From: Fonticula alba ATCC 38817
Lineage: Eukaryota; Protista; Nucleariida
NCBI GenBank assembly: GCA_000388065.2
Contig: KB932202.1
Strand: one strand, 5' to 3'
Length of the DNA stretch: 24,831 bases
Numbering within the stretch: the first letter of the stretch is position 1; the number at the start of each line of letters is the position of its first letter. The translations under genes and the position numbers were made by a program. The notes beneath the pieces are model-generated. The model ran no database searches and was not told where the DNA came from. It saw only the letters and a program-made list of their open reading frames with translations. This document shows positions 10,723-19,370 of this stretch, in pieces.

Positions 10723-10975
10723 CGCCCACGCTCTTCTGCTCCTCGCCACCCCCCGAGCTAGCGGCCCGTTCATGGTCGTGCTCAGACTGGGTCAATGGCC
10801 GATGTGAGAAGAACTAGAATAAAACAGCATTATTCCAACGCGCGCGCTTTGAGTCCCGCCGCGCTGGAGGGCACACCCGGAGTGTGGGAAAACAGTCGCC
10901 ACGTGCGTTGGCACTCAATATGGGGTTGGTCAGGTGCCAGAGTATGGCGACGTGTGTATGTGGAGGGGGGGGGGG

Positions 10976-11743
10976 TCACCGCCGGCGCATCGCCCGCTCG
11001 GCCGCTGTGTTGGCCTGGCCGATCATCAGGGACAGGGAGTCGACGTTCTGTGTGTTTGTGCATGTGTGTGTGTGTGTGTGTGTGTGTGGCAGAGATCCCA
11101 GCGCGGGAGAAGAAAGACAGGCACAAGTCAGTGACCATGAGGTACCAGAGAGGGAGGCTAGACACAGGCGCAATCTCCCCGTGCTTGCTCTGCACGAGGC
11201 CGGGCAGAGCGACAGAGTGAGCTCAAGCACCACAAGTACGCACCTTGGCTACGAGCTCCGCCTGTGAGGGAGGCAGGTCCAGACGAGCGCGATCGCTGAA
11301 CTCCTTCAGGTCAGCATGTTGCTTGGCCAGCGAATGTTGCAGGGTGGTGACTGAGACAGAAAGGTCACCCCGAGGGGGGGGGGGCGAGGGAGGGTCAGTC
11401 ACAGGAGGCAGGAGTATCATTGAAGCGGACTGGCCAAGTGCCGAAAGGAACACCCATGACAGCGGCAAGGCCAGCGGCAAGACGCACGGCGTTGGGCGGA
11501 AAGCTCGTGTGCCGAAGTCTTGGGGGGAGTCTTCTGCACGGCCAGCAAGGCGGTCCAGTAATGCTTGAGCAGCTCCTTCGTGACCATGGTGTGGATGTGA
11601 AGCGAGTTGTTGACCACCTTCGGCAGGCGGGCTAATGGAGACGTCAAGCGAGCGAGGGAGAGAAGGGAGAGGCGGGGCAGAGAGTGGGAGGAGGATAGAG
11701 CATGAGAGAAGCTGGGTCGAGTCGGTGGCGGAAGAGGAGAGAT

Positions 11744-11783
<40 letters not shown>

Positions 11784-14475
11784 TGACGCACTGTCGGCCA
11801 CACTGGCAGCGTTGGACGCCGAGCGGGCCATCTCCTGAACACGCTTGCCGGAGGAGCGGAGCTCTTCGGCGAGATGCGATGTGCCGGATGGGCTGAATGC
11901 CTGGTGTGGGCGTGACAGAGGTGAGAACCAGGAGAGGGGGCAGATGCGATCCAGGAGAACAGGCGAAGCGCTCGGGACATACCACCGACGAGAGAGACGG
12001 TGACCAAGTGGACATGCTATGAAGAAGCCCTGCCGGGCCGACTTGACTATCCCCATGCTGTTGTGCCGGGCAACCGTGCCCCCGCCCGCGACAGAGTTAG
12101 AGTGTGGAGCGCGAGAAAAGGAAGAGGAGGAGGAAGGGGAGGAAGAAGAAGAAGAGATGGATGGAGGGCGAGGGCAAGCCAAGCCCCAGGACACAAGAAT
12201 AGGCCACCGAGGCAGTGCGGGAGACGAACCGAGCGGAGACGCTTGGCCGGAGGTTCGGCCTCGGGAGGGGCTTCAGCCGGCCTTGAGGCCGGCGTTTCGG
12301 TCAGGAAGCTCGCCGCCCCGCCGAAGAACCGCGTCGTGTCGACAATGTGAAGGGAGTCATGCTGAGGCGGAGCAGCAGGCTCCAAGTCCACCAAGCGCGT
12401 CGACGCGTCCAACAAGCGCTGCGACAGCTGGCGATTGTACTGGTCATACTGCCGAGCCTTCTCCAGAGGAAGGGCCAGGCCGGGCTGCGAGCCGGCCCGA
12501 AGGCGCAGTTGGGCCTGGGCGTCTGTGGGATTCCGGCTGGACGCCACAGCCTTCAGTCCTGGGGACATGGATGTCACGTCGGCACCAAAGAGGACCGACG
12601 AGGCCAGGCGGTGGCAACGCCGTGCGATGTCCAGCGCTTGCCGGCGTTCCCCGCTCTCGGTCTGGACGATGACATTGTCCTGCAGCAGGTGGGTCAGCAG
12701 GGCAGCCAGTCGTGCGTGGCAAGGAGCGGCAAGGGAGGGAAAGAGGCAGCAGGCCACGGCTTGTGATCTGGGCACACGTACATGCACGAAGTCTTCACGC
12801 GTGGACTCCAGATCCACCAGGCGCAGAGCCCCCACGCGGGGGGTCTCACGCATGGCCAGAATCTCGGCAGCCACCACGGCGTCCTCGCCGTCAAAGAGCC
12901 GCAGCGAGGCGGCACCCCCGCGCGGCAGGGCCGACGCCGACGTCGTGGGGAAGAACATCGGCCGGTCGCTGTTGAAGTCCTCCAGTTCGAGGACAAACTT
13001 CTTCCAGAACTCTTGCTCGGAGATCTTGACATTTGGTGCCACATTCATGCACGTCAGCAGGGGTCCACAAAGCCCCGAGGAGGACCGGGAGAGGGAGAGG
13101 GAGAGGGGGAAGGCAGGGGGAAGCTCCAGCAGTAGCACGACGCACCTCGTGTGGCACCTTGGCCGCATGGAGCTGTCGCACTCGGGGGAACTGGACGAAA
13201 ATGGTCCGGACCAGGGCCGGCGTGAAGACAAATGTCGGCCCGGTTCCCTGGACCGCGGTCCCGGCGTCGGTCGTGCCACTGTTCGAGCCAGCCGGCGCCG
13301 AGGCGGCGCTCTCCTCATCCTGGCCCCAGGCTGCCTGGATGTTGGCCACACGCTGGGGGGCGGCCGAGCGCTTCTGGTCGAAGTCACGCGCGATGGCCGC
13401 CGACCGGAGGAGATCCTGACGCGAGAGCAGCAAAGGGTGAGCGGACTTCACCACGAGGGACCGAGGAGCACGAGCATACATCGGAACATGGACATACCCT
13501 TCGCGAGGACCAGAACTCGGTGTCGGTCATTTTGCCCCCGATGACCAGGAGCTTGTAAGCGGCGGCCACCTGGTTCGTGTGCGAGCCCCATATACCGGAG
13601 GTTAGAGCAGGACCCGGAGCCGGGAGACGCTGGGAAGACAGCGGGAAATGCCGGCGAGTCAAGCACATCATGCGCGTACCTCCGGGTGCCGGCGGAGTGC
13701 ATGCTCCTTGAGAACCCAGCCTGGAGGTTCTTTCATGGGTCCGGCAGGTGCGGCCGTGGCCAGCGTTGCAGACACCACCAGCGGCGACGTTGGGGGCGGC
13801 GCCGCGGCGGTCGCAGCGATGGCGCCCTTTCTCCGCATGGCAAACTGTCGCATGCCCGAGCCGGCGGGTGTCAGCCCCTGGTCGAGAGCGGAGGAAGGAC
13901 AAAGGGTCCCAAAGCGACGCACCTCAATCAGATTTTGCAGGAGAGTCTTCGACTGCTCCGGGTCAGGACCAATGGCACGGAGGAGGATCTTCTCGTTGGG
14001 GTTGGTGGCTGGGCTGATGGTCCGCTGGGCGCCGCTGGCCAGGACCACTGTGACAAAGCTATTTTGATAGGGAACCAGGTTGATGAGGGGATTCTTGCGG
14101 GAGCGCTCTACATCCACCGGCAGCCATGGCGGATGGGGGTCAGGCGCAGGGGAGGAGGTCAGCCAGGGGCAACACACTCAAGGGAAACAACCATGCATGG
14201 AGACCCGGGGCGATGGGCAACCGACAGGGAGCTGGGATGGCCCCGTAAGAGCAAGTGAGGCACGCACGGAATTTGTCAAGCGCATCGACACGCAGGATCA
14301 GCCACTCGGGGAGGGTAGGTTCCGGGGTGGGTGGGTCATTGGGGCCCGAGTCGCGCTTCCAGACAATGGCCTTCATGTCGTCATCGAACCACACCCGGCC
14401 AACGGTATTGGCATACATGGCTGGGACCGCGTCGGCCGCCGGGGCCAAATCCGGCGGAATCTGCACATGGGACAT
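10976..14475 (-). CDS. TFB1: TFIIH core subunit p62/Tfb1 (GTF2H1). Exons (5'->3'): 14475-14268, 14107-13680 (possibly split by a 45-nt intron 13922-13878), 13569-13498, 13415-13146, 13024-12782, 12679-12230, 12057-11983, 11900-11792, 11631-11488, 11350-11244, 11047-10976; ~710-725 aa
   Basis: A divergent N-terminal PH-like domain is followed by BSD1 (LKEHALRRHPE|VAAAYKLLVIGGKMTDTEFWSSR), BSD2 (FVFTPALVRTIFVQFPRVRQLHAAKVPHE|ISEQEFWKKF) and the C-terminal anchor (TKELLKHYWTA, compare human GELLRHFWS). The ten GT-AG introns have consistent phases (2178 nt). The start codon choice and the small exons at 12057-11792 are less certain. Confidence 0.85.
11063..11088 (+). repeat. (TG)n microsatellite in the last TFB1 intron
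   Basis: Read directly from the sequence. It is (CA)n on the sense strand, just before the acceptor. Confidence 0.9.
11746..11775 (+). repeat. (GA)n microsatellite in a TFB1 intron
   Basis: Read directly from the sequence. It is (CT)n on the sense strand. Confidence 0.9.
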
Positions 14476-15852
14476 GCGGGCGTGTGGGGGAGGGGGCGCG
14501 AGCGCGGGCGAGGAGACGAGGCTCAGGGGGCGGCGAAGGGGGAGGAGGGGGGAGAGGAGGTGGGGATGCGGTGCGGATTTTGTATGTTCCTCTGGGTGCG
14601 TGTGCGTGTGCGTGTGGGTTGGGCGGGGGAGGGGAGGGGGGAAATGAGGCGGGCTGCCGGACCTCTTGCCAATCGGGAGGTCGCGCCGCGACGGCACTTG
14701 GGTCTCTTTCTTTGGGCGCCCGGGCTTTCTTTGCGGCCCACCCCGGCCGGGGGGCTGGGCGGCCGCGACAAGCGTTGGGAGTATCTGAGTCTCACGATTA
14801 AAGTCCCGTGTTGCAGTTAACACCGGCTCGGTTGCGCGTTTCTCAGGCGACTGCTCCGGTGGCAGAAGGATGGTCTGCATGATCATTGCGTTGTGTGAAC
14901 CGGGCGGGGGGTGGTCCGTGGCAAGGGTGTTTGGCCCTGGGGAACCGAGGGGCCGGGTGCTGAAGTGACTGGCATCATACCCGTGACTGGATCATCAGCA
15001 CAGGCGTGAAGGTGACTTGATTTCAGAACGGAAATTCACTTCTGGAAATACATCACCGAAGATCGGGCTTCTGATGTGTTGGTTGCCTGGCGCGCCCGGT
15101 GCCGCTGGCGGCTGGCCGGGGGGAATCTCTTCCATGGCTCCGGCTCGGCCGCCGGCGTGTGCGCCCCCGGCCGGGTGTTTCAACCGGCGGTGCTCTGGCT
15201 CCAATGATCGGGCGGGGGTCGCACCGAGGCGGTTGGCCGTTTTCCCTGGCGACGATCCAGCCGTGTTGGATTTACCGCTGCCCCCCCCCCCCCCGGCCGC
15301 CTGACCCATGCCGCGGGTGGCGGGACTACGTGGATGCCCGCGCAAATTTTCCCGAGAGGGATTATTCCCCATGCATTTCGCCGGGCACCGAGAGCCGCTC
15401 CGTCTAGTCTGATCGCGCCAGGTTGACATCATCCATTGGCGCTCGCGCCCGTGTGCCGCATGCACCCCCCCCCCCCCCCCCCCGGCCCTCCGGCCCCACG
15501 CGCCATCTAGTTTTCAGCATCTCGACCCCGGAGGTTCTCGGGGGCCGTGTGGTCAGCGGACACGCCAGCGGGTGGCACTTTGGCCGGGGACCAACTGGCC
15601 TCTCCAGTGCTCTCTGATCTTGACCTCTCCGGTGGCCACATAGTGACGTCTTGATGCCGGATGGCCTTTCTTCGTGCTCCGGCGGCTCCAGGCCCAGCTG
15701 GTGGCCTGGATGTCTCCCCCGTGAGCCAAGGGCCGCCCTGTTCTCGAGGCCTCGCTGCCTGCCAGTGGGCGGCCATCCACACCCCCACATCCCGTCACCT
15801 CGCTCTCCCTCCTCCCCCTTCCTACTCTTGCTCCTTCTCCCGAGGCATCACC

Positions 15853-16425
15853 ATGAACGCCGAGGAGTTCCGCAAGTACGGTCACCAGATCGTCGACTAC
15901 ATCGCCGATTACTACTCCAATCTGGAGCGCTTCGATGGTACCTTATCGCATCTCCCCCGCGCCGGCCGGAGCCCGGCTCGATCGCCATTTCCGGGCCCCG
16001 GGGCTGCTCTTCGCATCCTCTTGACATCGGCCTAACCTTGTGCACAGTCCTCCCGGATGTGGAGCCCGGTTACCTGGCGCCCCTGCTGCCGGCCTCGCCG
16101 CCGACCACCGGCGAGCCGTTTGACCAGATCTTCGCCGACTTCCAGAAGTACATCATGCCCGGCGTCACACACTGGCAGCATCCGCAGTTCTTTGCCTTCT
16201 TCCCGGGGAACTCCTCTTTCCCGGCGATGCTCGGCGATATGCTGTCCGGCATGATCTCCTGCGTGGGCTTCAACTGGGTGCGCCCTCGATGGACGGGACA
16301 TGTCACATGCGGCGTGCCTTCTGCTGGCCGGTCGACTGGCCTGCCTCCCTGTGCATCGTCTTGCCATATGTCTGAGTGCATGTTTTTCCCTGCTGCCCAT
16401 TCGCATTCTCCTGGCCATTTACACC

Positions 16426-16520
<95 letters not shown>

Positions 16521-16532
16521 NNNNNNNNNNCA

Positions 16533-16624
<92 letters not shown>

Positions 16625-18492
16625 CATACACGGACGCCTTCACTTATATGCGCCGACACGTTTGCGCTATAGATCGCCTCGCCCGCGTGCACCGAGCTTG
16701 AGCCCATCACGCTGGACTGGATGGCGCAGATCATGGGCCTGGCGCCGAAGTTCCTCTCCGAGTCCGGTGTTGGTGGCGGTGTAATTCAGGGGTCCGCCAG
16801 TGAGGCCTCGCTGGTGGCCATGATCGCCGCCCGCGAACGCAAGATCCGAGCCATCCTCTCGTCGGAGAGCCTGTGTGCACAGCACGGCATTCCCCCGCAC
16901 ACGCTGGAGGAGATCAACAACCTGAGCGAAGAGCAGGTCCAGGTCCTGGCGGCGCCGCTGCTCTCGCGCATGGTGTGCTACACCTCGGTTCAGGCACACT
17001 CGTCAATTCAAAAGGCCGCGCAGGTGATCTCCATGCGCATTCGCCTGGTGGACGCTTGCGAGGACACCCACCGTGTGTCCATTGCGGCGCTGATCGCCCA
17101 GATCGAGGCATGTTCCCCAAGCAGGAGGGCAGGGCCGGGGGGGGGGGGGGGGGCAGGCGGCATCCTCGTTTTTTTCCTCCCGGCGCATCTTCATCTGCCC
17201 CGGGCCTTGGCTGGCCACTAACAGTGGCCACTGTGCGCTCTCCCATTGGTGGTGTGGCTTGCAGACCGATCTGGCCGAGGGGTTGATTCCCTTCTACGTG
17301 TGTGGGACCATCGGAACCACGAACACCGTGGCCATCGACGATATTGGTGGTCTGGCTGATGTCGGTGCGTTCGCCAGGCCCCCGGTCCTCTGTTTCCACC
17401 CTCGCCAAGGCGTCTTCCCTCCTCCTCGTTGCTTTCCCCTTCCCCCCTCGGCGGCCCTCTAATGACAGCTTCCTTGCCGGCTCCCTTACCCAGCCGAGAA
17501 GTATGGCATCTGGCTGCACGTGGACGGTGCGTACGCCGGGTCGGCGCTGGCCTGCGAGGAGTTCCGCGACGGCCTGCAGCACGCCGCCCTGGCCCGGGTC
17601 CAGTCGCTGGCCATCAATCCCCACAAGTGGATGCTGGTGAACTTCGATTGCACGGTCTTCTGGGTGGAGCGCAAGCAAGACCTCCTGAATGCCCTGTCGA
17701 TCGAGCGGCACTACTACTCGGCCGTGAAGCGCACCTCGCCCAACCACTCCCAGGCTCCGGTGTCGGGTCGGGTGGAAGAGTACCGGAACTGGCAGATCCC
17801 CCTGGGCCGGCGCTTCCGCAGCCTGAAGCTCTGGTTCACCATGCGCGCCTATGGCGTCGAGGGCCTCAAGCAGCACATCCGTCGGGTGCGTGCTCCTCCC
17901 CGGGCCTTGGCGATGGAGTTCTTCCCTTGGGCTTGAGCCTCCGCCTTTCCTCCACCTTGTTCTCCTTTCTTGAGGTACTGACACTTGTCGGGCCTGCACC
18001 AAAACGCCCCCCTCCCCCCCCCCTCTCTTTCTTCCGGATCTCCCCCCTCCCGCACCCGTGCCCCGCCCCGCTGCACAGCATGTCGAGCTCGCTCGGGGCC
18101 TGGAGGAGGACCTGCTGGCCGTGCGCCAGACCCCGGCCGGCCTGCCGGTCCAGTTGGAGATGGCCCCCGGCCGGACACTGTCGGTCCTGAACTTCCGCTT
18201 TGTCGGTCAGGATGACCAGTTCCACCTGGGCGTGGTCAATCGCCTGTGCTACCCCAATGCCCAGGAAAACCAAGCAGCCCGCCCGGCGGGCAAGGCGTCC
18301 ACCGAGGACGACCGCCAGGACCCGATTTACATCATGACCGGGCGCTTCAATGGCCAGGTGACCCTGCGCATGTCGATCGGCTCGCCCCAGACGCAGAAGC
18401 ACCACCTGGACAAGGTCCTGGCCCGGCTGCTGGCCGCGGCGGATGCCCTGCTGCCGGAGGCCGCCGCCCCGGCGGCCGCTCCGAGGGCGTGA
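15853..18492 (+). CDS. DDC: Group II PLP-dependent aromatic L-amino-acid decarboxylase (DOPA/tryptophan/tyrosine decarboxylase family). Exons: 15853-15937, 16048-16277, 16673-17107, 17265-17364, 17494-17885, 18079-18492; 551 aa
   Basis: Motifs seen: [41 protein letters not shown]|[54 protein letters not shown] lysine NPHKW, and [19 protein letters not shown]. Phases are consistent, and intron 3 must be GC-AG. DDC is used as a family-level symbol; the substrate is untested. Confidence 0.95.
16426..16625 (+). repeat. (GCAC)n tetranucleotide microsatellite, at least ~45 units, with a 10-N gap at 16521-16530, in DDC intron 2
   Basis: Read directly from the sequence. The true length is unknown because of the gap. 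Confidence 0.97.
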
Positions 18493-19370
18493 ACGCGCAG
18501 ACGCGAAGCACCAACGCTCCCAGCGATCTGGCGAATGCGTCGGCACATGTCGCGGCCGTTGTGGCAAGATGCCAACGGGGCGCTTCTCTTGAAATAGATT
18601 TCCCGCTGTTGTTGCATATCCCTTTCCTTGGTCCCTCTCTGGCCCTGTGTGTTTTCCTTTGTTCCCCCTTCCTGGGGTGTCGCTGTGTGCGTGTGTGTGT
18701 GTGTGTGTGATTTTGATGCCATCCTTTCTGCTGTCCTGCTGCCTGGTGTTCCCTCCCTGTCTGGCCCCACATCCCAACCCCCCCCCCCCCCCCCGTGGGC
18801 GTGGGTCTCTTTACAGAAGACAGACAGCGGGCGGGGCTGTGTGGGCTTGGCCCACCCGTGCGGCGGAGGATTCCAGATGATGACCGTGAGTGCCCCCCCC
18901 CCCCCCCCCCGGTGGGCGTGGGTCTCTTTCCTTTTGGCGGCATGGCGGCCTGGGACCTTCGTGCGCACGCGGGGAGACCAAGATCGGGTGGGACACCGTC
19001 GAGCGAAAACGGCCGGCGAGATCGGCCTCGGGCTGGGCCCAGTGCCTGGCATTCCTCCAGGCATCTGGTCCGGCCCCGGGGTCCCCAGATGGACCCCGGC
19101 GAGGGTGTACCCGTGCTTTTTTTTTTTTTTGGGCCGGCTGTCTGACTACTCTCGTCTAACACAGCCGGCTACCTCTCTTCCCCCCTGTCCTGCATTTGAC
19201 CTCCAGTTGCTCGCTCGCTCGCTCTCTCTCTCTCGCCTTCCCTCCCTCTCTCTCTCGCTCTCTCTCCCCCTCTCCTTCGACCTCATCTTGCCTCCCGATT
19301 TCCCCGCCCTCCTCCCCTTTCTCCAATCGCCTTCCCATCCTTCCTCTCCTGAGCCGTGCCCTGTCGCGCA

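Noticed and set aside
14476-14886. In-frame upstream ATG (MIMQTILLPP...) that would extend Tfb1 by 137 aa
   Set aside because: The extension crosses CA-repeat and pyrimidine-tract sequence typical of 5' UTRs here and has no p62 similarity. MSHVQ at 14475 matches the expected PH-domain start. It cannot be fully excluded without TSS data.
16070-16734. ORFs encoding (RTHA)n and (CVRA)n peptides
   Set aside because: They are translations of the intronic (GCAC)n microsatellite and span an N gap.
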